A model generated the notes under the pieces. The model did no database searches and was not told the origin of the DNA. It saw only the letters and a list, made by a program, of their open reading frames with translations. DNA of 64,000 nt from the NCBI GenBank assembly GCA_036676335.1, contig JAKFDD010000012.1, positions 278,726 through 342,725 of the forward strand, written 5' to 3'. The translations under genes were made by a program, and so were the position numbers. Positions 1 through 9,391 of this stretch are shown piece by piece. How positions within the stretch are numbered: position 1 is the first letter of the stretch; every line of letters starts with the position of its first letter. This stretch comes from Arenimonas sp. (GTDB taxonomy: Bacteria; Pseudomonadota; Gammaproteobacteria; Xanthomonadales; Xanthomonadaceae).

Positions 1-52
1 CGGACATTGCTGGCGCCAGGGGTTTGCGGAATGGCAGGCGATTGCCAGTTGC

Positions 53-922
53 ATGGAACTGCGTTCGGAAACGGCGGCGGGCAGTATGGCCGTGCCGGCT
101 CCGCCCAGTCCGCATCAGCAACGCAGTGACGTGATTGACTACAAGATTTATGGCGAAGACATGCAGTTCGTCGAAATCGAACTCGACCCGGGCGAAAGCA
201 CTGTCGCCGAAGCCGGTTCGCTAATGTACAAGGATTCCGCGATATCGATGGAAACCATTTTTGGCGATGGTTCGGCATCTTCGAGTGGCGGCGGTTTCAT
301 GGATAAATTGGTCGGTGCTGGCAAGCGCCTGATCACCGGCGAAAGCCTTTTCACCACGATGTTCTCGCACACCGGCCAAGGCAAGGCCAAGGTCGCTTTT
401 GCGGCGCCCTACCCCGGCACGATCGTGCCAATGACCTTGAGCAATTACGGCGGAAAAATTATCTGCCAGAAAGATTCGTTTCTTTGCGCCGCACGCGGTG
501 TATCGATCGGCATTTTCTTCCAGAAGAAAGTGATGACGGCACTGTTCGGTGGTGAAGGTTTCATCATGCAAAAACTGGAAGGCGATGGCATGGTATTCAT
601 CCATGCCGGCGGCACGATTGTCGAACGCGAACTAAAACCCGGCGAACGCCTCGATGTCGATACCGGTTGTGTTGTCGCAATGACCAGCACGGTGAATTTC
701 GATATCAAATCGGTCGGCAGCGTGAAGTCCGCGTTGTTCGGCGGTGAAGGCGTATTTATGGCAACCCTGACCGGGCCCGGAAAAATCTGGATTCAGTCGC
801 TGCCATTTTCGCGTCTGGCCGGCCGCATGTTCAGTGCTGCTTACCAAAAAGGTGGCGGTCGCGATGAAGGCTCGATACTTGGCGGCCTGGGCGGAATTAT
901 TTCCGGCGACCGCGGTTTCTGA
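53..922 (+). CDS. AIM24 / TIGR00266 (DUF124) family protein
   Basis: ATG at 53. Family-typical stretches GESLFTT...GGEGFIMQKLEGDGMVFIHAGG...GERLDVDTGCVVA...FGGEGVFMATLTGPGKIWIQSLP. Confidence 0.8.
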   Translation: MELRSETAAGSMAVPAPPSPHQQRSDVIDYKIYGEDMQFVEIELDPGESTVAEAGSLMYKDSAISMETIFGDGSASSSGGGFMDKLVGAGKRLITGESLFTTMFSHTGQGKAKVAFAAPYPGTIVPMTLSNYGGKIICQKDSFLCAARGVSIGIFFQKKVMTALFGGEGFIMQKLEGDGMVFIHAGGTIVERELKPGERLDVDTGCVVAMTSTVNFDIKSVGSVKSALFGGEGVFMATLTGPGKIWIQSLPFSRLAGRMFSAAYQKGGGRDEGSILGGLGGIISGDRGF

Positions 923-927
923 TGACT

Positions 928-1012
928 TTGTGGGAGCTGCTTTAGCAGCGATTTGACTATTCAGTTCATCGCAATCTGAAAATTCTAATCGCTGCTAAAG
1001 CAGCTCCCACAA
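928..1012. repeat. REP-like pair: perfect 25-bp inverted repeat with a 35-nt spacer between convergent genes
   Basis: ttgtgggagctgctttagcagcgat (928-952) is the exact reverse complement of atcgctgctaaagcagctcccacaa (988-1012). Each arm also holds its own GCTGC-TTTA-GCAGC mini-hairpin. It probably doubles as a bidirectional terminator. Confidence 0.85.
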
Positions 1013-1025
1013 AAAGACTGCTTTT

Positions 1026-2069
1026 TTAATCCTTGAAAATTGCGGTACCACGCGTACCGTCTGGATTAATCCAGCCGCGCGACATGCCGGCGGTATTGAA
1101 TGGCATCGCGATATTGCCGTCTTTGTCCAATGCAATCGCACCGCCGTCACCGCCCAGCGCGGGAATGATTTTATTGATCACGTCGTCGGCAGCCAGCGCA
1201 ATCGAATCGCCGCGATATTCCACGCGCGAACAAATGTCGTGGGCAGCTACGGCGCGAATATAAAATTCGCCCCAGCCGGTTCCGGAAACACCGCAGCTTT
1301 CCGTCGCGAAAGTGCCTGCACCGATAATCGGCGAATCACCGACACGACTCCATTTCTTGTTTGTCATGCCGCCGGTTGAAGTACCGGCTGCAATATGACC
1401 TTGCTGATCGAGCGCGACTGCGCCGACGGTACCAAAATAGGTGCCCGGCACCGTATGCGTGGCATGCGCGGCTTCTTTCGCTTTTGCATCCTGCAATTGT
1501 TTCCAGCGTTTTTCGGTATCGAAATATTTTGGATCGACGCGTTCAATATCTTTCTGGGTGTCGGCAAATTTTTCGGCGCCATCACCGGCCAGCATCACAT
1601 GCTCCGATTTTTCCATGACGCTGCGCGCCAGCAAGATCGGATTTTTAACCGTCGTGACGCCAGCGACTGCACCGGCACGTCTTGTATGACCTTCCATCAC
1701 GGAAGCATCGAGCTCATGTCCGCCTTCGGCATTGAACACCGAGCCCTTGCCGGCGTTAAACCAGGGCGAGTCTTCGAGCACGATGATCGATGCCGTGACG
1801 GCATCCATCGCATCGCCGCCTTTACTGAGCACGGCATAACCGGCATCCAGCGCCTTGTCCAAATCGGCCTGCATCAATTTGGCATCGGCATCGGGAATCG
1901 AATCGCGACTGACCACGCCGGCTCCACCATGAATGACGAGTGCAATTTTTTTAGTGTTACTGGTTGGCATGGAGTTTTCTTTTTTACTTTCGGCAGCGCC
2001 GGCAATGGGAGTCATGGTCGTGATCGCAAAACTCAGGATAACAATGGTACGAAATATAAATCGCTGCAT
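1026..2069 (-). CDS. iaaA: Isoaspartyl peptidase / L-asparaginase (Ntn hydrolase), secreted
   Basis: HGGAG and GTVGAVALD autoprocessing motifs. Start moved to ATG 2067-2069 (MQRFIFRTIV signal peptide) with GGAG 6 nt upstream; the track ORF extends to 2120. Confidence 0.85.
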   Translation of the reverse strand: MQRFIFRTIVILSFAITTMTPIAGAAESKKENSMPTSNTKKIALVIHGGAGVVSRDSIPDADAKLMQADLDKALDAGYAVLSKGGDAMDAVTASIIVLEDSPWFNAGKGSVFNAEGGHELDASVMEGHTRRAGAVAGVTTVKNPILLARSVMEKSEHVMLAGDGAEKFADTQKDIERVDPKYFDTEKRWKQLQDAKAKEAAHATHTVPGTYFGTVGAVALDQQGHIAAGTSTGGMTNKKWSRVGDSPIIGAGTFATESCGVSGTGWGEFYIRAVAAHDICSRVEYRGDSIALAADDVINKIIPALGGDGGAIALDKDGNIAMPFNTAGMSRGWINPDGTRGTAIFKD

Positions 2070-2129
2070 GTCAGGCTCCGTCTGGATGACAAGCATAACG
2101 GCTCGGACTGTCCAGTCCAAGTAAAAGCA

Positions 2130-3467
2130 TTAATTCGCGGCGTGGTGATGAATGATGGCTTTCGGAAACTCGATGCTGGCGCACGTGCCCTGACCCAGGC
2201 TGCTTTCCAGCTTTACCGGCCAGCGATAACGATCGGACAAGCGGCGCACGATTGACAAGCCGACGCCCTGACCATCTTTGCCGTGGTTATTGCCTCGGAA
2301 AAACGTGTCATACACCTTGTCCAGATCCTCTTTCGCCATACCGACACCGGTATCAATCACGCTGATGCGTCCCAATTCGATCAGCACCCGAATCGAACCC
2401 TGATCCGTATAGTTGCAGGCATTGCGCAACAGATTTCCGAACATCACACTCAACACTCGCGATGGTGCAAACAAATCGAAATCCTGAATGACTTCCACTT
2501 TCAACTCGATAGGTTTGTCCTGCAGCAACACCTGTGCCTTGTCGATTTCATCGGCCACCACTTCGGCAACTGAAAACTCTTCGTCCAGCAAGCCGGTATC
2601 GCCTTCGCGGGCAAGAATCAGGAAACTTTCGATCAGCGCTTCCATGTCGCGTCCGGCCTGCTTGATCCGGGTCAATGATTTTTTCGATGACGCCGACATG
2701 CCTTCATCGCCGCACATCATGTCGCCGGCGACGCGGATCACGGTCAGCGGCGTACGCAGTTCGTGCGATGCATCGCGGGTGAAGTTACGTTCGCGCTCGA
2801 CGAAATTATTGATTCGCGATGCATAGTCATGCAGCGAAGACGCCAATGTAAAAGTTTCACCTTCGACATCGCTGGGAAGATTTTCCGGCTTTATCGAGTT
2901 GGCATCCGGATTTTTCGGATCCCAGAGTTTCACCTGATTCGCCAACCAGATCACCGGCGACACCGCTCGTTTGGAAGCGCGATAAGTACTGAACGCGATC
3001 AGATAAACGACCGCCAGCACCAGCGCCAATGGCACCATGCCGAACCAGAATGCCAGTGCATCCACTTGTTCCTGCTTGAATTGCAGAAACAAATGGCGAT
3101 CGCCTTTTTGTTCTACCAGGATTAGGGATCCGCCTTGCGCCTGCGGCAGGCTATGGAACCCAAGCGACAGCCCTCGCATGCTTTCCGGCAATACCGCTTC
3201 CGAATCGCCTTCGAACAGCAGATAGCCTTTCATGTTGTAGGTGTCCGGTGCCGATGCGTTTTTATTCGCCTGCAGAATATCCCAGTAATGGCCGGCTTCT
3301 TTTTCCAGCGCCTGGCGTATCAAGACGTGTTTCAGGATGATCGATGCGCCGTAGACGCCAAGCACTGCAGCGAAACTGATCACTGCAGCCTGCAGAATGA
3401 AAGCCGTCCAGATTTTCCGACGCAGGCCTGCGTTTGACGATTTGTTGGTCATGTATTGGCGATGCAT
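2130..3467 (-). CDS. Two-component sensor histidine kinase (2 TM, HisKA + HATPase_c)
   Basis: H-box SHELRTPLTVI, N-box LLRNACNY, G-boxes DTGVGM and GQGVGLSIV. The track start at 3473 is TTG; the first ATG is 3465-3467, so the start is uncertain. Confidence 0.85.
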   Translation of the reverse strand: MHRQYMTNKSSNAGLRRKIWTAFILQAAVISFAAVLGVYGASIILKHVLIRQALEKEAGHYWDILQANKNASAPDTYNMKGYLLFEGDSEAVLPESMRGLSLGFHSLPQAQGGSLILVEQKGDRHLFLQFKQEQVDALAFWFGMVPLALVLAVVYLIAFSTYRASKRAVSPVIWLANQVKLWDPKNPDANSIKPENLPSDVEGETFTLASSLHDYASRINNFVERERNFTRDASHELRTPLTVIRVAGDMMCGDEGMSASSKKSLTRIKQAGRDMEALIESFLILAREGDTGLLDEEFSVAEVVADEIDKAQVLLQDKPIELKVEVIQDFDLFAPSRVLSVMFGNLLRNACNYTDQGSIRVLIELGRISVIDTGVGMAKEDLDKVYDTFFRGNNHGKDGQGVGLSIVRRLSDRYRWPVKLESSLGQGTCASIEFPKAIIHHHAAN

Positions 3468-3492
3468 TCCCAAATATTTTTATGCAATATTT

Positions 3493-4206
3493 TTATGCCG
3501 TTGCGGCAGTTTCCAGATCTGCAATCCGATAGCCGGCGGTTTGCACAGTATGCAATAACTGCTTATCAAACGGACGGTCAACACATTTGCGTAAATTGTA
3601 GAGATGGCTGCGCAAGGTGTCGGAATCAGGCAATCCATCGCCCCAGATTTCGCGTTCGATATCACGTCGTGTGACTACGCGTGGCGACTCTCGCATCAAA
3701 ATGGTCAGCAAGCGCAAACCGATCGGTGACAAAAAAATCTCCTGATTGCCGCGAGTCACCCGCAAGCTTGCGGTATCGAGCACGAGATCGGCAATCTTCA
3801 AAACTTCGGCACTGACCTGGCGACGATCACGGCGGATCAATGCACGTACGCGCGCTTCCAATTCCTGAATCGCAAACGGCTTGACCAGGTAATCGTCGGC
3901 ACCTGCTTCCAGACCTGTCACCTTGTCGTTCAAGGTATCGCGTGCGGTCAGCATCAGTACCGGCGTCGATTTCTTGGCGTCGTTGCGAAGGCGACGGCAT
4001 AACTCGGTACCATCGAGTCGCGGCAGCATCAGATCGAGTACGATCACGTCATAACTGTTATCCGCTGCCAACCGATAACCATCGAGACCATCACTGGCGT
4101 AATCGACGCCAAAGCCTTTGGACTCCAGATATTCGCCTACCATTTCAGACAGGTTGCGGTTGTCTTCCACCAATAAAATCAGTCCCGATGGGTCATCGCG
4201 GCGCAT
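3493..4206 (-). CDS. OmpR/PhoB-family response regulator
   Basis: Receiver domain (LLVEDN...DLMLPRLDG...KPF) plus a winged-helix C-terminus. GAGGAG Shine-Dalgarno lies upstream of ATG 4204-4206. Confidence 0.9.
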   Translation of the reverse strand: MRRDDPSGLILLVEDNRNLSEMVGEYLESKGFGVDYASDGLDGYRLAADNSYDVIVLDLMLPRLDGTELCRRLRNDAKKSTPVLMLTARDTLNDKVTGLEAGADDYLVKPFAIQELEARVRALIRRDRRQVSAEVLKIADLVLDTASLRVTRGNQEIFLSPIGLRLLTILMRESPRVVTRRDIEREIWGDGLPDSDTLRSHLYNLRKCVDRPFDKQLLHTVQTAGYRIADLETAATA

Positions 4207-4325
4207 AACACTACTCCTCGGCTTTTCATGCCTGCATTAGACGTGAAGGCAGGTTTAGCTCATGTGAAGATGAAAATGAACAGCGCTTTGGCTTAGCATA
4301 CCGGCTTCTCGCCCAGGAAAACCCC

Positions 4326-4676
4326 ATGCCCATCCAGTGGAATGCCTATCTGACACCGATATTGTTGCTTATTGGCTCCAATGTCTTCATGACTTTCGCC
4401 TGGTATGGCCATTTGAAATTCAAAGCCAGCCCGCTCTGGATCGTGATCGCCGCGAGTTGGGGCATCGCGTTTTTCGAATACTGCCTGCAGGTACCGGCCA
4501 ATCGCATGGGACATGCTGTTTACACGGCACCGCAACTCAAAGGGATGCAGGAAATAATCACGCTGGTGGTGTTCGGTGGATTTTCTATCTGGTATCTAGG
4601 CGAACAAATCAAATGGAACCATATTGCCGGTTTTGTCCTGATAGTCGCTGCAGCGATCCTGATATTTTGGGAATAA
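4326..4676 (+). CDS. DMT-superfamily small membrane protein (DUF486)
   Basis: NVFMTFAWYGHLKF signature; about 4 hydrophobic helices in 116 aa. Confidence 0.75.
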   Translation: MPIQWNAYLTPILLLIGSNVFMTFAWYGHLKFKASPLWIVIAASWGIAFFEYCLQVPANRMGHAVYTAPQLKGMQEIITLVVFGGFSIWYLGEQIKWNHIAGFVLIVAAAILIFWE

Positions 4677-4694
4677 TTTTCGCCGCTAACGCTT

Positions 4695-5567
4695 TCACGC
4701 GGATTTAGTGCGTTGTGCCGGTTTGAAAAAAAGGCGTAACAGCGCCCAGCCAAAGTGAAGCCACAGGCCCATCCAGATGAAAGGCTCCATCCAGTCCGGC
4801 GTTTGCGCTGCCTCGTATTTGTGGAAATACCGCCAAAGGCTGCGATGTTTCTGCCATTCAACCCAGAACGGCTTTGTGAGACCGGAAGCACCACGAACAT
4901 GTACGACTTGCACCGTGTTATCAACCAGCACTTCGTATCCAGCCAATCGCACGCGCCGGCATAAATCCAGATCTTCCACATGCAACCGAAAGCCGTCATC
5001 GAAACCGCCCAGATGATGGAATACGGTTGCCGGCAGCATCATCAACGCGCCGGAACAGGCTTCAACAGCCTGCACATTTTTCTCCGGATCACGTCCCATA
5101 TAAATCAAGTTCAGATCACCGCTATTTTTCAATAACGAGATCAGTGAAAGATCGAAACGCCTGGCGGCCCTATCCGAATTTCCTTTTTCATCCACCAGAT
5201 CGACACCAATCAGCCCGGCGCCGACATGCTGAATCGCACTATCTCTTAATCTTGAAAGACTATCGGGTTCGACATAAGCATCGGGATTCAAAAACACCAG
5301 CCATGGCTGCGACAAGGCACTCGCGCCCTGATTGCAGGCAGCAGCGAAGCCCAGATTTTCCTTATTGCGCACCAGGCTTACCCGGGCATCGTCTTGCAAT
5401 ATCTTTTCGATAATCGAACACGTTGCATCGGTCGAAGCATTGTCAACTATGACAATTCTTCGCAAGCCAGTGGCTCGTCTCAGTTTCTTCAGACAGAGTT
5501 CGATCGTTGCGGCACTTTCATGTGTCACGACGACAACGGCAATATTGCTGACGACTGCATTACTCAT
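4695..5567 (-). CDS. Family 2 glycosyltransferase (rhamnosyltransferase-like)
   Basis: N-terminal VVVVTHESA...IVIVDNASTD GT-A motif and a DLDLC motif. Its start overlaps the upstream methyltransferase stop by 8 nt. Confidence 0.85.
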   Translation of the reverse strand: MSNAVVSNIAVVVVTHESAATIELCLKKLRRATGLRRIVIVDNASTDATCSIIEKILQDDARVSLVRNKENLGFAAACNQGASALSQPWLVFLNPDAYVEPDSLSRLRDSAIQHVGAGLIGVDLVDEKGNSDRAARRFDLSLISLLKNSGDLNLIYMGRDPEKNVQAVEACSGALMMLPATVFHHLGGFDDGFRLHVEDLDLCRRVRLAGYEVLVDNTVQVVHVRGASGLTKPFWVEWQKHRSLWRYFHKYEAAQTPDWMEPFIWMGLWLHFGWALLRLFFKPAQRTKSA

Positions 5568-6567
5568 CTGCGGGCTTTTCTGCAGCCGGCGGTGATTCAG
5601 GCTCGGACAAATCCGCTTCGATCTCGATAAACGTCATTTCAATGTCAGCCTGCGGCACTTCCAGTTCAGGCAATTCGGTTTCAAGTTCAACCGGCGGCAT
5701 TTCCATTTCGGCTAACGGGGTCTCATGTTGTGCAAGCCGCGTTTCAAGCTCGAAAAGTTGCAGCTCGAGCTCGTAAACTCGTTGCCTTGCCCACATGTTG
5801 TAGCGAACTTCCTTGTTGTAATGTGCATATACCGATTCTTCCGCATCGCCGTATAAAGACAGTCCCGGCAGTAATGCCAGGGAGCCATGGTTCTGGGCAC
5901 ATACGGCGACATAGTACATCGGTGGATACGCCATCCCCTGCACGATGCCTTCACCGGTATGCACCAGCACTTCGGGCAACCCTTGCTCGTCCAGCGCCGA
6001 CAGGCTGGATTGAAACAATAATTTCTGGGTGTAGATTTTCTTCGCATCAAAATGGCGATCAAGTAATTCCGAAAATTCGGAAAAATACAATTCGCGTACA
6101 TGATGCGGATTCACTACGCCGGTCGCATCACTGTAATTTTTCTTGTCGGGGGTTGATATCAACAATACGCCATCGGCTTTTAGCAAGCGGCGAAATCCCG
6201 CCAGCATGCGGTCGTGATCCATCACATGCTCGAGCGTTTCAAAACTGACGATGACGTCGAAACTGCCGTCCGGCAATGAATCGAGTTGCGTGACATCGTC
6301 CAGCTTGAAACTCAGATTGTTCAGGTTGCCATAACGCCGCTTCGCGTGTTCGATACTGGCCAAATCCACATCGATGGCGAGCACTGAGCCAGCCTTGCCG
6401 GCCAGCAGCGCGGCTCCGAATCCTTCTCCGCAGGCCGCGTCCAATACCTGCTTGCCTTCCACCAATGACAAGGCGAATGCATAGCGATGCCAGTGCTCGT
6501 AGGCAATTTCGCGCACGCATTCCGGTGTGAATCGTTCTCCGGTAAAGGGAAGAATTGCATCACTCAT
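5560..6567 (-). CDS. Class I SAM-dependent methyltransferase with acidic E-rich repeat tail
   Basis: Motif I VLDAACGEGFGAALLA. Start re-placed at ATG 6565-6567 (MSDAILPFTGERF), which overlaps the upstream GT2 stop as TGATG. The 426-aa track ORF would overlap that GT2 by 270 nt. Confidence 0.85.
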   Translation of the reverse strand: MSDAILPFTGERFTPECVREIAYEHWHRYAFALSLVEGKQVLDAACGEGFGAALLAGKAGSVLAIDVDLASIEHAKRRYGNLNNLSFKLDDVTQLDSLPDGSFDVIVSFETLEHVMDHDRMLAGFRRLLKADGVLLISTPDKKNYSDATGVVNPHHVRELYFSEFSELLDRHFDAKKIYTQKLLFQSSLSALDEQGLPEVLVHTGEGIVQGMAYPPMYYVAVCAQNHGSLALLPGLSLYGDAEESVYAHYNKEVRYNMWARQRVYELELQLFELETRLAQHETPLAEMEMPPVELETELPELEVPQADIEMTFIEIEADLSEPESPPAAEKPADE

Positions 6568-7439
6568 CAGTTTATCGCACCAAATAAATCGCCTGGCGGC
6601 ACCTTGTTCCCGATCGCCAGTATATGGGCAGAAAACTGTTCCCGCAGCTCTTGCAGCGGATCTTCCATAATGAAGCGTGCTACATGTTCGTGATAGTCGG
6701 GCCAACGCACGAGCAAGCGCTTCATATTGTCGCCACCCGGCTTTAATCCCAAAGGTCCGAACGACGCGCCGCCACGATGGGCAACATAGGCGTTCACGCA
6801 CAATACGTTGCGCCAACCCAACGATGCCACCCGCCGGCAAAAGTCGTTTTCTTCACCATAGCCGCGCCCGAAGGTATCGGCATCGAAACTGCCGCACTGC
6901 TGCAATGCAGCCCGGCGAATCCACATGCAAAACCCGATCGCGGTTGGCAGATCGGGGGAATGCTCCGTTTCGATCAGCGCTGCAGCCGCCGCCATTAAAT
7001 CGAGATTGTCGGGCAGCGGGTTTTTTTCGCAGAATTTGGGATACGAACAAATCTCCGCATTATTCGACCACGGCGTAATTGTCGCGATTTTCGGGTCGGT
7101 AGCGGCACATTCGGCAATTTTTTGCAGACAGCCCCGCGTGAAAATCGTATCCGAATTCAATAGCAGGACATCGTATTCACCCGCTTCTTCGAATGCGAGA
7201 TTGCAATTGGCCGGAAATCCGATATTTTTTTCCCGGCGCACGATATCGACCACAAACTTTGCCTGCTGTTTGAATTGCAGCAGCAAATCCGGAATGCGCG
7301 AATCTGTCGATGCGTCATCGGCCAACAATACGCGCGCTTCGGCGGGCAGGTTCTTCAGCAGCGATTCGAGACACGTCGCCAGCGCTTCGTGTGCGTTGAA
7401 CACCGGAATTACAATCACTGGCAAAACCACTGAACTCAT
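6567..7439 (-). CDS. Family 2 glycosyltransferase
   Basis: VIVIPVFNAHEAL...LLADDASTD GT-A motif; ATG at 7437-7439. Confidence 0.85.
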   Translation of the reverse strand: MSSVVLPVIVIPVFNAHEALATCLESLLKNLPAEARVLLADDASTDSRIPDLLLQFKQQAKFVVDIVRREKNIGFPANCNLAFEEAGEYDVLLLNSDTIFTRGCLQKIAECAATDPKIATITPWSNNAEICSYPKFCEKNPLPDNLDLMAAAAALIETEHSPDLPTAIGFCMWIRRAALQQCGSFDADTFGRGYGEENDFCRRVASLGWRNVLCVNAYVAHRGGASFGPLGLKPGGDNMKRLLVRWPDYHEHVARFIMEDPLQELREQFSAHILAIGNKVPPGDLFGAIN

Positions 7440-7445
7440 TTGTTT

Positions 7446-8624
7446 TTATTCCCAATGATGCGGCATCAGGACAAGGCCAAAGGCACGGGACTGTCCCGCC
7501 ACGATAATTGTGCGTTGTCTGGTTTCGAAAAGTCGCAATCCGGTACTGTCGAGTGAATGCACTTTCATGAAATATTTACCTGGCAGCAAACTAAGCTTGG
7601 GAAAAACCAAAGTATAACGATATCTGCCGGCGCCCAGCCTTTCCGGATTCACCCTGTCCATTTCAGAGCTCACGCCGTAGACCGGAGTTTCGCCACTGCG
7701 CGCCCAACCACAGAGCAATACCGGCGGACTGTCATTCCTTGAAGTCAGGCAGACTTCGATTCTGAAATCTTCGCCAAATTGGCAAGTAAATTCATCGCGG
7801 GAATCGGAGCCGTTAACCACGACCGATTCGATGCCATATTCGAATTCCGCATGCACGACCGGTGCCACTTCTTCCTGTTTGCCCTGCTTGCTTTCGTGCC
7901 AGGCGAGATAATGCTGGGTAACGCTAAATACATCGCCCTGCATTTCCACTTTCCCGTCATGCAGCCAGATGGCCTCGCGGCACAATTTCTGCACGTGATA
8001 CATGCTGTGCGAAACAAGCAGCAGGGTTCCGCCGGAATTGACATAGTCGTCTATCCAGCGCGTGCATTTTTTCTGAAAGCTTTCGTCGCCGACGCCAAGC
8101 ACTTCATCGGTAATCAATAGCGGCGGACGCACCGCTGCAATAATCGCAAAACCCAAACGTACGATCATGCCGGATGAATAATGTTTGGTAGGCTCGTCGA
8201 TGTAATGTCCGATATCGGCAAATTCTTCGATCTCGGCCATTTTTGTTTTTAATTCGGCATCACCGATACCGTACAAGGCCGCCGATAATCGAATATTTTC
8301 GCGCCCCGAATACTCGGGATGAAAACCGGCGCCAAGTTCAAGCAATGCACCGATTGCTCCATTGGTAGTCACCTTGCCTTCGCTCGGGGTAAGCACGCCG
8401 GTGATCAACTTCAGCAAAGTCGATTTTCCGGCTCCGTTTTCACCAATGATGCCGATCGAACAGCCCGGCATTACCTTGAAACTGATATCGCTCAACACCG
8501 TCGTGTGCCGCGTCGGCGCACGGCCACGCAACATATCGCATAAGGCGCTGAAACGGTCGCTGCTGCTTGCCAGCACCGGATAACGTTTGCCGAGATTGCT
8601 AACCTCAACCAATACCTGGTTCAT
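7446..8624 (-). CDS. wzt: Polysaccharide ABC-transporter ATP-binding protein Wzt with C-terminal extension
   Basis: Walker A GENGAGKST, signature YSSGM, Walker B LLITDE, then about 150 aa beyond the NBD. Start re-placed at ATG 8622-8624 (MNQVLVEVSNLGKRY), an ATGA overlap with wzm. Confidence 0.85.
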   Translation of the reverse strand: MNQVLVEVSNLGKRYPVLASSSDRFSALCDMLRGRAPTRHTTVLSDISFKVMPGCSIGIIGENGAGKSTLLKLITGVLTPSEGKVTTNGAIGALLELGAGFHPEYSGRENIRLSAALYGIGDAELKTKMAEIEEFADIGHYIDEPTKHYSSGMIVRLGFAIIAAVRPPLLITDEVLGVGDESFQKKCTRWIDDYVNSGGTLLLVSHSMYHVQKLCREAIWLHDGKVEMQGDVFSVTQHYLAWHESKQGKQEEVAPVVHAEFEYGIESVVVNGSDSRDEFTCQFGEDFRIEVCLTSRNDSPPVLLCGWARSGETPVYGVSSEMDRVNPERLGAGRYRYTLVFPKLSLLPGKYFMKVHSLDSTGLRLFETRQRTIIVAGQSRAFGLVLMPHHWE

Positions 8625-9391
8625 AGGTAGTCTTCCAGGTGCGGTCTGGCGCGTCTCAGCATTGCATGGCCAAGTACGGCAACGAGCATTGCCGCGGCGG
8701 CCGAAATCGCAAGGTTCGGCCAATCGACCGGCAGCCCCAGAAGCGCGTTGCGTATATTGACGATGGGAGACACCAGCGGGTTCAGCAACAGGATTTCTTG
8801 CAAGCGCAACGGCAGTTGCGCCAAGTCATACATGATGGGACATAAAAAAAACATCAGGCTCAGAATTTGCGAAATGGCGGCACCGACATCGCGCAAAAAA
8901 ACATTCAACACGGCAACTATCTGCGCGAAGCCGACGGCAAATATCGACAATATCAATAGGCATAAAAGCACGATTGGCAATCCGGACAATTCAAGTGAAG
9001 TGCCGAAAACCAACAACGCCAGAAGCACCACGACAAATCCGGCCAGATCAAGCAACATGCTGGCACTGACTTTTGCATCTACCAGCAGGCGATGCGGCAA
9101 CGCAATTTTGCCGATCAACGCCGAATTACCGGTAAGCGCAACGACGCTATTGGCAACGGCGTTGGCAAACAAATTCCATGGCCACAAACCCAGGGCGAGA
9201 AACGCCGCATAATTCAAATCCTGGTATTGCGTCCGCGCCTGTAGCAAGTACGAAAACACCCAAGACATAACCAGCAATTGCGACAGCGGCAACAGCAAAT
9301 GCCAAAGCACGCCTAGAAAGCTGCCGCGATAACGCTCGCCCAGCTCTCGACGCAGCAATTCACGAAAAACCGAACGATACGCAGGCTTCAT
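8621..9391 (-). CDS. wzm: ABC-2 type polysaccharide export permease Wzm
   Basis: Six-TM ABC-2 permease pattern directly upstream of wzt. Its ATG overlaps the gspD TAA (TAATG at 9389-9393). Confidence 0.85.
   Translation of the reverse strand: MKPAYRSVFRELLRRELGERYRGSFLGVLWHLLLPLSQLLVMSWVFSYLLQARTQYQDLNYAAFLALGLWPWNLFANAVANSVVALTGNSALIGKIALPHRLLVDAKVSASMLLDLAGFVVVLLALLVFGTSLELSGLPIVLLCLLILSIFAVGFAQIVAVLNVFLRDVGAAISQILSLMFFLCPIMYDLAQLPLRLQEILLLNPLVSPIVNIRNALLGLPVDWPNLAISAAAAMLVAVLGHAMLRRARPHLEDYL

Noticed and set aside
5560-6840. The 426-aa version of the methyltransferase ORF, which overlaps the upstream GT2 by about 270 nt.
   Set aside because: The extension has no family similarity. An in-frame ATG at 6565-6567 gives the conserved MSDAILPFTGERF start and a typical stop/start overlap. 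The same reasoning was applied to the track ORFs 7446-8723, 11571-12506, 47815-48306, 49369-50022 and 53851-54375.
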